The position numbers and the translations under genes were made by a program. Under the pieces are notes generated by a model. That model had not been told where the DNA came from and did not search any database. It saw only the letters and a program-made list of their open reading frames with translations. From a virus: a DNA stretch of 64,000 nucleotides. The DNA lies in IMG/VR virus record IMGVR_UViG_3300037141_000243, positions 1-64,000 of that record; one strand, 5' to 3'. Of this stretch, positions 1 to 9,036 are shown one piece after another; position 1 is the stretch's first letter; each line of letters opens with the position of its first letter.

Positions 1-1
1 T

Positions 2-898
2 AAGGCTGGGAATAAGCGGATCGAGGCCTCGGATAAAAGCGGCCTCAATGTTATTTGAAGCACCACGCAGCCGATTATTAAGTTCTTGAAAATCCCGCAT
101 GACCTTGTCAGTCTGCGTGGCAGTAATTGCATCAGCGGCGGTTTGCTTTTTGATGTCAGAGTATTCTTTAGTGGACAACGACTTCAGGCGCACAAAATCT
201 TCAAGGCTGATGAGGCCCCCGTGCGCCTGAAGTACCGCCCCCAGCATTTGTGGGCTGGTCTGATCGGCAAGCTGTTTGTATTTATCCAGCAGCTCAAGAG
301 AAACCTGCCCGGTATCCCGTCCTTGGGTGTTAGTTACTCCCGCTGCATAAAGGCGGCTGAGCTGGGATGGATCGTGAAGGGCCGCATTAACATCGCTTAA
401 TAAAGCACTGGGGTTACCCACGATTCGGCCCATATTCAGGCCAAATGCTACGCGGGTGCCTTGGTCTATGTTAAGGCCCTGATTAGCCATGCGGGCGTTG
501 CCCACAGACCCGGCAAGACGGTCAAGGCCCCACAGGCCCCCCATTCCAACAAGGCCGCCCACGGCCCCCACAATGCCTGTCATTTCAATTAGAGATTTGA
601 CGCTTCCCAGGACCTTGTTGGAGAAGGTCCCAACATTGGTTGCTGCTTCTTTCCAATATCCCGATACAGAACGGGCGCTGTTGGCAGCTTCGGATGAGGC
701 GGTTAGGGCACGGCGGTTTAACTCACCCTGGGCGAGCAGGGCTGCGGTAGCAGTTTCGAAGCCGGATTTGATTTCCTTATTGACGTTGCCCCACGCACCG
801 GGAAGCTTCTGTACCTTGGCTTGATACTTTTCAAACAGCTCAGAAAATTCATTGAAGCTGGAAGATTCGACATCAATTTCGATGATACTTTTCGGCAA
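2..898 (-). CDS. Tape measure protein, N-terminal part (runs off the window)
   Basis: Partly translated by hand from TTG at 898 (MPKSIIEIDVESSSFNEFSELFEKYQAKVQKLPGAW...), with a Gly/Ala-rich hydrophobic segment; lies directly after tube and chaperone genes. Confidence 0.7.
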   Translation of the reverse strand, partial: MPKSIIEIDVESSSFNEFSELFEKYQAKVQKLPGAWGNVNKEIKSGFETATAALLAQGELNRRALTASSEAANSARSVSGYWKEAATNVGTFSNKVLGSVKSLIEMTGIVGAVGGLVGMGGLWGLDRLAGSVGNARMANQGLNIDQGTRVAFGLNMGRIVGNPSALLSDVNAALHDPSQLSRLYAAGVTNTQGRDTGQVSLELLDKYKQLADQTSPQMLGAVLQAHGGLISLEDFVRLKSLSTKEYSDIKKQTAADAITATQTDKVMRDFQELNNRLRGASNNIEAAFIRGLDPLIPSL

Positions 899-1132
899 CT
901 ACCTGATCCTTTGTTTCATAGTGGCCAAAATATACCGCTGACGGAAGCCGTGAGCGGTCTCGAATTCCATCTCAGGAAACTGCCCAAAGAATTCACCAAA
1001 GCCTTCGTTGGCTACCCAATCTAGCGCGGCACCGACGATACCGCCTTCTTGATGGAAGGGGCGGTCTCTATCGATGTCGTCAAGGAAGCGAGAAAATCCG
1101 TAAAGGTCGACGCAGTTGGTAGTGCCCCCCAC
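899..1132 (-). CDS. Tail assembly chaperone downstream ORF (possible -1 frameshift extension)
   Basis: Overlaps the 3' end of 1021..1614 in its -1 frame and ends next to the tape measure start. Confidence 0.5.
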   Translation of the reverse strand: MGGTTNCVDLYGFSRFLDDIDRDRPFHQEGGIVGAALDWVANEGFGEFFGQFPEMEFETAHGFRQRYILATMKQRIR

Positions 1133-1614
1133 AGAGAAGCCAGCCCAAGCATCAAAGCCCGGTTTTCCGACTTTCGATACATCGACGAAGCTACAATAAA
1201 AAAAGCGAGGGCATTTTCCACCTCGCTTGATTCATCCTCATCCAACAGCTTTTTTGTTAGCGCCTCGGCAAGGGGGAGCTTTTCCCATCCCCCCTTACCC
1301 ATAAAGGCAAACATGGAGAGGCGATTGATTTCTGTTTGAAGATTGGTAGCAGCAGCTTCGTCGCCCATTTCCTTTGCCGTCGCACGCATGAGCATGGCAG
1401 CGGTGCGAGGACCGGCAACAGTACCAAAGCCCCCTGTTGTTATTTTGGTAAAGGTACGGGCGATGAGATTATAGTTGATCTCGAAAGCAGGTTGGCTGAT
1501 AGGAATGGAAAAAACATAGGCGGCAACGTTTGGTGTAACAGAACCGTCATCCTTGATGACAGGGTCACCCCTCTCTATGGGGATTACCAGATTCAGTTTC
1601 TTGTCAAGTTTCAA
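1021..1614 (-). CDS. Putative tail assembly chaperone
   Basis: 197 aa with AAGGAGGT SD; located between tube and tape measure. Confidence 0.6.
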   Translation of the reverse strand: MKLDKKLNLVIPIERGDPVIKDDGSVTPNVAAYVFSIPISQPAFEINYNLIARTFTKITTGGFGTVAGPRTAAMLMRATAKEMGDEAAATNLQTEINRLSMFAFMGKGGWEKLPLAEALTKKLLDEDESSEVENALAFFIVASSMYRKSENRALMLGLASLWGALPTASTFTDFLASLTTSIETAPSIKKAVSSVPR

Positions 1615-1651
1615 GGCCGGACCTCCTTGGGGTTAATGGGGATTAAGTCAA

Positions 1652-2092
1652 TTACTGATAGAGCCCACCGTTGATTTCGTAATATCCACGAATGGAGACT
1701 GTCCAACCGGCATCACGACCAGAATAGTCTTGGGCCGCAATACCCACTAATGAGCAGTTGGTTAGATCATAAGGGGTAAGACCAAAGCTGACATCAGGAC
1801 GGACGGTCATGTTGCCAAGTAGAACATTGGTTTCGTATTGTGCTTTATATTGAGCGGAAAGCGGCTGAGTCTTCAAAAGGTAGATGGTAACATTGCAAAT
1901 CTGGTAAGGCTCGGGCGACGGCACACCACCCGTCATGGTGTTGATGTAGGTTGCCGCTTCACCTTCCAAAGCAAGTTTAATGCCTTCCTTGCCTAGATAA
2001 GATGCGGTGACATTTAATTCAGGGAAATTATCAAGGGTAGTTGATGCTACTAAACGCGAGAGGACGCCTTGGTCCACCAGGGGATTGCTCAT
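1652..2092 (-). CDS. Putative tail tube protein
   Basis: 146 aa, beta-rich, immediately after the sheath-like gene. Confidence 0.65.
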   Translation of the reverse strand: MSNPLVDQGVLSRLVASTTLDNFPELNVTASYLGKEGIKLALEGEAATYINTMTGGVPSPEPYQICNVTIYLLKTQPLSAQYKAQYETNVLLGNMTVRPDVSFGLTPYDLTNCSLVGIAAQDYSGRDAGWTVSIRGYYEINGGLYQ

Positions 2093-2106
2093 TTGTTAGG
2101 GGCTCC

Positions 2107-3750
2107 TTAGACGATGAGGAAATTGGTAACTGTGATATTGAACAGGATATGGATGAACCCGTTCTGTGTGATGTAGAGCAGGGTCAGGCCATCATATTCA
2201 CCGGTTCCGTAATCGCTGGGACGTTCGGAAACGTAAGCAAGGAACGGCACAGCATTAACTACAACCTTACCGTTATAAGTTCCCGCATCGATGGCGTCGG
2301 TAAAGGCCGGGCCATCTAGGCCGGTTGATATTACCTGACCATTAGCCATGCCAAAGGTCACCGCATTTTGGGCCGTAGTCAGGGCAACGCGTTGCAGCCG
2401 ATTGATGCCCACCTGGTTGTAATAAAGCGGGTTAGTTTTGTTATTGGAGCCGTTGATGATAGCGTTATCAATTTCCAATTGTTCGTTGATCTGAATCCAG
2501 TCAATCGAGTACCAATAGGTCATCTGATTGCCGTCTGCCGTGGTGCCCCAGAACAAGGTGGCCGTGCTGATGCCCCCCTGTGCCCCGGTGCCCACCACAT
2601 TGATGTTGGCGGCTTTAAGGGTGGAAAGCAGGGCGCTGTTGCCTTTGGTGGGATAGGATGTCACCCCATACAGGAAAGTGAAAGCAAAGGGTGGCACCTT
2701 GTTGGTCGCGGACGGGTTCTGATTCAATAGGTTGTAGAAGGCCGACGCTTGACTGAATTCAGTAGGCGTCGTTGCCGGCGCTTCAATAAGGGCGAAGACA
2801 TCCTTCATGGTCTTGGTATAGTAGTGATAATTTGAAAGCGTGGTAGTCACAAAGAAGTAGGTCTGTGCCGTATTGCTTTCATAGTTGGCCAGGAAGGAAA
2901 CAAACGAGCCAACACCATCCCATGAGCGCGGAATCAGGTAAGCGTAGAAATAACCATCCGCCCCCGCCGTATACGCGCTGTTGGGATTGGCAGTAATGTA
3001 GGTGATAAGCGCCGTCACACCGGCGGCGGCTTCACCAGCTCCAAGCTCCAGCACACAAACCCCAATGCTCGACCCCTGAGCAAAGAAGGTTGTCACCATC
3101 TGCACCAACTCGTTTATCCCGCGCGGGGTATAGGTAATGGTGCCGGTAGCCGGCGAGGTTAGCCCGCTGGCAACGGCGTAAGTAAACGTGGTGGCTGTGG
3201 CAACGGTTGCCAAAACCGTGCCGTTGTACCCCGCTATAGTTGACCCTGCGACGGTGGTCCAAAAGGTATCAGCAACGGTACCGAGATCGATTTGGGCATT
3301 ACCACCTGTGATAGTCATGGTCAAAGCCGGGGCAACAGTGTACTCCAGCGTAGTGCCGGCTGAGCCCACCGCCGCGAGGAAATTACCTTCAATAGCAGTA
3401 TGGCTGCCCGTACCCGCCGAGGCACTAATTGAAACCCAGGTATTTGGCCCTTCCCCAAGGCTGGCGGTAAGCGTAAGAACCACCAAGCCCGAGGTCGAGT
3501 TATAAGTACCGGAAGCGATGGTGGTTGTTGCAATGGTTGCAGTCGCGACTGCGCCAGCCGATGTTAGGCTGGAAAGGGTGATCGCCCCCGCCAGCAAAGG
3601 CGTCAGATCAGCAAGCTGGGTCAGCAACGCGCTGTTGCCGGCGGTCAGCGTGGTTCCCCCCTGGCTGATAAGTGCCCCGGTTTCCTGGAGCGTAGCCGGT
3701 GCTGGGGCAACTAGTACGCTGACCTGGACCGTAGTGATGTTATTTGTCAT
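2107..3750 (-). CDS. Putative tail sheath protein (DUF3383-like) with inserted Thr/Gly-rich beta modules
   Basis: 547 aa; C-terminal YWYSIDWIQIN...NPLYYNQVGINRLQ resembles DUF3383-type sheaths; synteny. Confidence 0.65.
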   Translation of the reverse strand: MTNNITTVQVSVLVAPAPATLQETGALISQGGTTLTAGNSALLTQLADLTPLLAGAITLSSLTSAGAVATATIATTTIASGTYNSTSGLVVLTLTASLGEGPNTWVSISASAGTGSHTAIEGNFLAAVGSAGTTLEYTVAPALTMTITGGNAQIDLGTVADTFWTTVAGSTIAGYNGTVLATVATATTFTYAVASGLTSPATGTITYTPRGINELVQMVTTFFAQGSSIGVCVLELGAGEAAAGVTALITYITANPNSAYTAGADGYFYAYLIPRSWDGVGSFVSFLANYESNTAQTYFFVTTTLSNYHYYTKTMKDVFALIEAPATTPTEFSQASAFYNLLNQNPSATNKVPPFAFTFLYGVTSYPTKGNSALLSTLKAANINVVGTGAQGGISTATLFWGTTADGNQMTYWYSIDWIQINEQLEIDNAIINGSNNKTNPLYYNQVGINRLQRVALTTAQNAVTFGMANGQVISTGLDGPAFTDAIDAGTYNGKVVVNAVPFLAYVSERPSDYGTGEYDGLTLLYITQNGFIHILFNITVTNFLIV

Positions 3751-3784
3751 GTAATGAGTTCCTTGTGTTTGCGGTCAGGCATTA

Positions 3785-4318
3785 TCAGAACGCATTGGTG
3801 ACGGTTGCCCCGGCTGCAATCGGGCGATAACGCATGTAGTGCTTCCATGTGCCGGTCGTGGAGCCTACGGCAATGGTCAGGTTGATCGCACCCGCTTGGA
3901 CGACAATAGATCCAGGAACCGCCGTGATGCCCACGCCAGTCGCTTCCAGTAGTAACGCCGTATTTAGCGCCGTGCCCTGAAGAACGAGCATCTCGCCAAT
4001 TGCAGCAGAGGCGAGGGACGCGGACGCGGCAGAGATAGTGCCGGCAAGAGCGCCCAAGGTTGACAGCGTCGCCCATTGCGCGGTTGAAGCGGTTGAATCA
4101 TTCGCCGTCTGGCAAATTGAAACGAGGGAAAGAATCTGGATCGGGCCACCAATCACGCTGAAGACGTGGAGGGCGTTCGACATGACAGCGGCCCCCGTGA
4201 CTACTAGAGCGTCGCCGCCGCTACCAATGACGTCGCCGTTGGCATCGGTTTGAATGAGGACGGCGGCTTTGGTCGGGCTGGTACCGTAGGCAAGGGCGGG
4301 AATCGGGTTCTGAGACAT
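3785..4318 (-). CDS. Hypothetical virion protein
   Basis: ATG at 4318 with AAGGAG SD; Ala/Thr/Gly-rich; inside the structural operon. Confidence 0.6.
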   Translation of the reverse strand: MSQNPIPALAYGTSPTKAAVLIQTDANGDVIGSGGDALVVTGAAVMSNALHVFSVIGGPIQILSLVSICQTANDSTASTAQWATLSTLGALAGTISAASASLASAAIGEMLVLQGTALNTALLLEATGVGITAVPGSIVVQAGAINLTIAVGSTTGTWKHYMRYRPIAAGATVTNAF

Positions 4319-4331
4319 TAACTTATTCTCC

Positions 4332-5408
4332 TTAGATGTTGTAGGACAGGTTGGAACCAAAGATGTAGGATGGGATTGCCCGTTTGATCAGTTGCCGGGC
4401 AATGTTGCGGGCTTGCGACTGATTATATGTTACATCAAACAGAATTGACTTCTTTTGGGCGATGGCGAGCAGCTCTGTCTGTTGTCGTTTTTCGTCGCGC
4501 ATAACCGGCATGTTGGTAATACCCAGCGTGCCGTAGTTGGTGCTGAACTGGTTGACAAAATCCTGGAAGCCCAACGCGGTATTGTTATTCAGACCGTAAA
4601 AAGTGATCCGGACCTTGTCTCGGCAAAGCTGGCTGTGCGAATAGGTCGGCCCCAGCGTAGGAAAATCCTGCAACGCTTCGGTATCCTCTTCCCCAATATG
4701 GACCGTGCCAAAGGGTGGGCGCAGGTTTTGCTGGGCCAAAAAGGACGGGAACAGCGGGACATCATTACCAAACGCATCCCAAGGCATTTGATCCCAATTG
4801 TTCATTGACAACCAGATCGGCAGGCTATTGGAGACAATCTGTTGGCTGGTATTGATCTGTTCTACTTCGTCGATGATCTGGGTTTCCATGTCGGCGTAGA
4901 TCGCCTGACCGGAATAATGGTACAGATTGGCCTGCTCGTAGTACGGGGCGCGCTGTGAGAAAGCAAAGCGGATGCCTTCCAGCGGCGGGTCCAAAGGCTC
5001 TGCAATATACAGGACATTGGGGCCAATCTGATTGAAGGCGTCGATCTTGCTCTCGGCGGTAAACACCACCTGATTGATCGAAAAGTTCTCAGCGGACTCT
5101 TGCTGCATCATCGTGGCGTAATGCAGCGAGCCTTGGATCGTGATCGACAGGGTCGAGGGATCGGGGGGCGGTAAATACGGTGCGTTGTAATTGGCCTCGT
5201 TATAGAGCGAGGTATTGTAAAGGGCTGAATGGGTCGATGCGACCAGACCGGCTTTGACCCAAAAGACGAAACCATCCAAAGGCAGGACCAGGCGCACGTA
5301 TTTGTTGAACGTGATCGTCTGGTCAAGCGAAAGGGTGTCCAGCCCCAGCTTGATGGCGGCTTCTAGCGGTGTCCCTTGTGTGCCGGACGCCTCGGCAACG
5401 CCAACCAT
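4332..5408 (-). CDS. Putative neck / tail completion protein
   Basis: 358 aa between head-tail adaptor genes and sheath. Confidence 0.5.
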   Translation of the reverse strand: MVGVAEASGTQGTPLEAAIKLGLDTLSLDQTITFNKYVRLVLPLDGFVFWVKAGLVASTHSALYNTSLYNEANYNAPYLPPPDPSTLSITIQGSLHYATMMQQESAENFSINQVVFTAESKIDAFNQIGPNVLYIAEPLDPPLEGIRFAFSQRAPYYEQANLYHYSGQAIYADMETQIIDEVEQINTSQQIVSNSLPIWLSMNNWDQMPWDAFGNDVPLFPSFLAQQNLRPPFGTVHIGEEDTEALQDFPTLGPTYSHSQLCRDKVRITFYGLNNNTALGFQDFVNQFSTNYGTLGITNMPVMRDEKRQQTELLAIAQKKSILFDVTYNQSQARNIARQLIKRAIPSYIFGSNLSYNI

Positions 5409-5732
5409 TTATTTAGCGGGTCCTTTATAGGTCCAGCCTTGTTTGCCAAAATACTCAGGCCCCCAAGCCATGCGGTTACCAGCCCTGATTGAGGTAGGAT
5501 GCCACCACGCGCCGCCGCGCCAGCGCATGACCGTGTTTGTCCCGTAAGCGTTGGTCAGATTGTGCAACGATTCTTCCTTGGCTTTCGGTCCAGGACGACA
5601 CGCTTTAAAAGCGGGGAGCATCCTTTTCCCCCCGACCTCTTCGCCGTGGTCAATGTAACCCAACCCAGGAATAAATTGATGGGACGTGGGGTTCTGAATG
5701 GCTTTGTCTTGGGTCGATTTCATGGGTATCAT
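5409..5732 (-). CDS. Hypothetical protein
   Basis: 107 aa ORF exactly filling the gap between neck genes. Confidence 0.55.
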   Translation of the reverse strand: MIPMKSTQDKAIQNPTSHQFIPGLGYIDHGEEVGGKRMLPAFKACRPGPKAKEESLHNLTNAYGTNTVMRWRGGAWWHPTSIRAGNRMAWGPEYFGKQGWTYKGPAK

Positions 5733-5733
5733 G

Positions 5734-6219
5734 TTACGAAATCCATGCCTTAAAATTTGTCATGTACTGGCCCGTCGCAATAAAAGAAGGTCGGCGTGGA
5801 TTGCCTTTGGCATAGGGATGGGCAAGGCGCGGGTTGACCCCTTTCAGCGCGGCCATTGTTGGCACGCCGGGGTAGCCAATCTGCTCCATCTCCTGATTGC
5901 TGAGGAATTTCTTGAAGCCCGTCTCGATCTTATCTGTGGCCCCAGCGAAAGGGTTGGTGGGGATTGGCCCACCCATCATGACCCTGTCCAGGGAGCTTTG
6001 CAGCTTTGCAGTCAGATCAGCCACAATAGGCTTTTCGTTTAGCTGGAAATACACTTCCATCACGTGATATTTCCGTTCCAATATCTCAGCCACCTCACCA
6101 GTAGTCGTCGTGCTGACACCCTTCTTTGGGCGGGCAGCCTTTCCCTTGCGGGCCTTGGCTTGCGTCTTGGGTGGGTGTTTGTAAGGTAAATCTAAAATTC
6201 CGAGATGTAAGATTGGCAT
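5734..6219 (-). CDS. Putative neck/tail completion protein
   Basis: Starts MPILHLG; C-terminal RRPSFIATGQY..NFKAW resembles phage neck proteins. Confidence 0.55.
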   Translation of the reverse strand: MPILHLGILDLPYKHPPKTQAKARKGKAARPKKGVSTTTTGEVAEILERKYHVMEVYFQLNEKPIVADLTAKLQSSLDRVMMGGPIPTNPFAGATDKIETGFKKFLSNQEMEQIGYPGVPTMAALKGVNPRLAHPYAKGNPRRPSFIATGQYMTNFKAWIS

Positions 6220-6221
6220 TT

Positions 6222-6716
6222 CTATGACAGTCCCCACAACGACCCAAATCGCATCGCGATTGCAAGGTACGCGCGACCATACGGAGTTTTCAAATTCTGA
6301 AGGTCCGACAGAAGGAAAGTCTTAGCCGCCTCAATCACCTCAAGGCTCTCCGATGTACTCTGATCCGACGTGCTGGAAATCACCCCAGCAACAAACGCGT
6401 TGATCTTGAACTGCGCTCGGAGCATAGCCCAATAGGTGGGCGGGGTCGTTGTTCCTGTGTCGGGGGCATAGTTGATCAGGTTGTCCCCACCCAAATTATA
6501 AACCGCTGCGGTATACAAAGGACCACTATAGAACGATCCTGGATAACATGGCCCCCACGATTGCCCAGCCAAGGCCGGGTTAACAATTGCGATTGCAAAG
6601 TCGTAGGCGAAAGCCAGGGCAGGGGAGTTGGTGGGGAGTGCCGATACCGGCACCCCCATCACACCGTATACCCAACTTGAGAAGCCCGCCAAGGTCGGCG
6701 GGTCAGTGATACTCAC
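6222..6716 (-). CDS. Putative head-tail adaptor (DUF4054-like)
   Basis: C-terminal LKTPYGRAYLAI motif typical of this adaptor family; synteny after the capsid gene. Confidence 0.6.
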   Translation of the reverse strand: MSITDPPTLAGFSSWVYGVMGVPVSALPTNSPALAFAYDFAIAIVNPALAGQSWGPCYPGSFYSGPLYTAAVYNLGGDNLINYAPDTGTTTPPTYWAMLRAQFKINAFVAGVISSTSDQSTSESLEVIEAAKTFLLSDLQNLKTPYGRAYLAIAMRFGSLWGLS

Positions 6717-7282
6717 CGGCTACGTGCCTTGCGGGCTTGACGCTTGCCTTGCGGCTCGTTCTCTTCGCGGGCATCCTTGGAGACCACCACGCCCTCGGCC
6801 AAAGTCGGCTCCGGGTTTGATTTGGTTTCCTGCTCCACGATAGTCATTTCCAGCTCATCAATATTCGCCCCCATACGCTTCAATTCCGGGCTGCTTTCCA
6901 GCGCGTTATTGGTAGCGATGGCCGCCGCCTTGCGAATTTCCTGACCTCTTTCCATCAGCACCTCGTCGTTGTGCTTGATGGTAAATTGCAGGTTGGCGAC
7001 GCTGACTGGCTTGTTGGTTGAGTAGATCAGGCCAATGAACGGGCGGGTGTGGTCAATTTCATCAACCGATACCAACCCATACTTGCGGTGCTGTTTGACG
7101 ATCTGTTCGATCTCCATGCCAGTCAGCCCGTTGCGGCCCCCGATATTAACTTGGGTTAGCGACGGAATCGGGTAACGCCTTGGGGTCTTTTGACCGCTCA
7201 GGCGGAATTCAAAGAGATGATCTTGTTTGCGGGCGTTGGCAATGTACAGCGCCCCGGTTGCTGTAGTGGAATTGAATTGCAT
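6713..7282 (-). CDS. Hypothetical head-associated protein
   Basis: 189 aa with GGAGGT SD, downstream of the capsid gene. Confidence 0.6.
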   Translation of the reverse strand: MQFNSTTATGALYIANARKQDHLFEFRLSGQKTPRRYPIPSLTQVNIGGRNGLTGMEIEQIVKQHRKYGLVSVDEIDHTRPFIGLIYSTNKPVSVANLQFTIKHNDEVLMERGQEIRKAAAIATNNALESSPELKRMGANIDELEMTIVEQETKSNPEPTLAEGVVVSKDAREENEPQGKRQARKARSR

Positions 7283-7303
7283 TTGGACCTCCTGTTAGAT
7301 GGT

Positions 7304-7909
7304 TTAAGTAGTAAGTAGTTCTAGTGCTTTTCTTAGTTTGGCAGCACGTACCCATTCAGATATTCGTTTACCTTGTGCTTTACGTTTTGCTGGTGTCCAA
7401 AAAGCCTTTTGAGCCGTGACAATTTCTGCACGTCGTTTCTTATCGGCCCACATCTCTAAAGATGCTTTTGAACGAATTGCATCTGCTTTGCGTCGAACTT
7501 CGGGGTCTTTCGATCCACCAACAGCGTATTGGTTACCCAACCCGGCTTGACTAATTTTCTTTCTGGCAGATTTGGAAAAAATCATATTTGTAGGGCCTTC
7601 CCCACCATCCGTTCGATTAACAAGCGGGCCTGTTCCTAAATCTTCCCGACCTATTACTTTAATCAAAGCCATTTCCATTTCAACGGCTTCTTTACGCGTT
7701 AAGCCAGTTCTAATTACACAAACAGGTAGCTTACCTTTTGTTCCACGAATAATGCGGGCCAGATGAAGATTAGTGTGTTGACCTCGTAAAGCTCTTTTAA
7801 TGTGCTTAAAAGGTCGGTCTTTATTTCCTTGTCCAACATAACAAGGAATTCCAGTCAAACGAAAATAAATGTAAACACAGAACGCGCACCACGGTATTCT
7901 TTTTGCCAC
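7304..7909 (-). CDS. GIY-YIG-like free-standing endonuclease with basic helical (NUMOD3-like) tail
   Basis: VYIY..CYVGQG..R, E..LI..GR..LGTGPLVNRTDGGEG; GTG start after GGAGG; AT-rich. Confidence 0.8.
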   Translation of the reverse strand: MAKRIPWCAFCVYIYFRLTGIPCYVGQGNKDRPFKHIKRALRGQHTNLHLARIIRGTKGKLPVCVIRTGLTRKEAVEMEMALIKVIGREDLGTGPLVNRTDGGEGPTNMIFSKSARKKISQAGLGNQYAVGGSKDPEVRRKADAIRSKASLEMWADKKRRAEIVTAQKAFWTPAKRKAQGKRISEWVRAAKLRKALELLTT

Positions 7910-7911
7910 AA

Positions 7912-7988
7912 GAACCTCCCGGTTCAATCCAAAGTGAAGACACGGCAGGTAGGTGGATAGCCTACTCTTCGGGGTATCCCCCTAGCCG
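7912..7988 (-). ncRNA. Candidate cis-regulatory RNA (three-way junction plus SD hairpin), copy A
   Basis: Same architecture as 49998..50078, with compensatory changes in one stem. Confidence 0.6.
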
Positions 7989-8000
7989 GATCTAACTACG

Positions 8001-9023
8001 TTATTCGTAGGTCGCTGATAACACAGTTACAGCTTCCGGGCGGACGGCCCAGCCGGAAGAGATGCGCCATTCGGACAACACATCGATTGCGCCGCCGGGG
8101 ATGGGCGTCGGAATCTCACGCGGGGCTGCCATGTCATTGTACTGAAGGGTGCAGGCGTCGAAGCCCGGCTCCAGCTTGGCGAACTCGTTGGTGTTGATCT
8201 TGCCGCCATCCGGCTTCTGGACTTCTGGCATGGTGATGATAATGGCATCCGCACCGCCGCTGCCAGCACCGATCAGGGTGTCGTCATAGCACCACAGAAT
8301 TTCATCATCATTGGTATCCAGAACTTCCTTGACCACACCGGCGGTCGAGGTCGTGCCGGCACCCACGCGTTGGAATTGCGTAAGCTGGACGATGTTGGGG
8401 TATTCCATCTGGCCCAGATCACGCTGCGGTCCCAGGATGGTAAACTTGCGGCCAATACCCAGGGTATTGGTACGGGTCTTGATCGCAAGAATCTGGCTGA
8501 GAATGTAGAAAGCCAGTTGACCGTTGTCGTAGGTGACGATGGTATCGTTGTTAAACGCATCCGGGGGCAGGCTGACGGTGGTCGCTCCAGATGCGTGGAG
8601 CAAGCCCTCGCCGTTGGCCGGATTAAAGCCAGAGAGAAGGCCCGTGCGGGCAAGCTGGAAATGACCCTGCCGCATACCGAGGCGCTGGGCCTCGACAATG
8701 CTGACGCCCCATCGGGCGTTGGCAGCGGTATCGTGATGATCGTATTCCGCGCGCACCCGGAGCAGATAGGTGGGCGTGGATACCAGCGAGATGGTGGTGC
8801 TGATCGACGGCAGGTTGTTGTAGGCGGACTGGCCGGCAGCAACCTTGTTGCGGACGTCCATGCGTTTTACATAAGCATACAGATCGCCGTCCGACAGGCG
8901 GGTCTGCATTTCCCCGCCATAGAGAGTATCGAACGCACCGCTGGCCTGGGTATAGGGCAGGATGATCCGGGGCTCCATATAGTGGGGGCTAACGGTAACG
9001 AGGGCTGGTGCAAGACTTGACAT
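8001..9023 (-). CDS. Major capsid protein (putative)
   Basis: 340 aa; C-terminal SSGWAVRPEAV resembles HK97-fold capsid ends; follows protease, scaffold and decoration genes. Confidence 0.75.
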   Translation of the reverse strand: MSSLAPALVTVSPHYMEPRIILPYTQASGAFDTLYGGEMQTRLSDGDLYAYVKRMDVRNKVAAGQSAYNNLPSISTTISLVSTPTYLLRVRAEYDHHDTAANARWGVSIVEAQRLGMRQGHFQLARTGLLSGFNPANGEGLLHASGATTVSLPPDAFNNDTIVTYDNGQLAFYILSQILAIKTRTNTLGIGRKFTILGPQRDLGQMEYPNIVQLTQFQRVGAGTTSTAGVVKEVLDTNDDEILWCYDDTLIGAGSGGADAIIITMPEVQKPDGGKINTNEFAKLEPGFDACTLQYNDMAAPREIPTPIPGGAIDVLSEWRISSGWAVRPEAVTVLSATYE

Positions 9024-9036
9024 GTTTTATGTCTCC

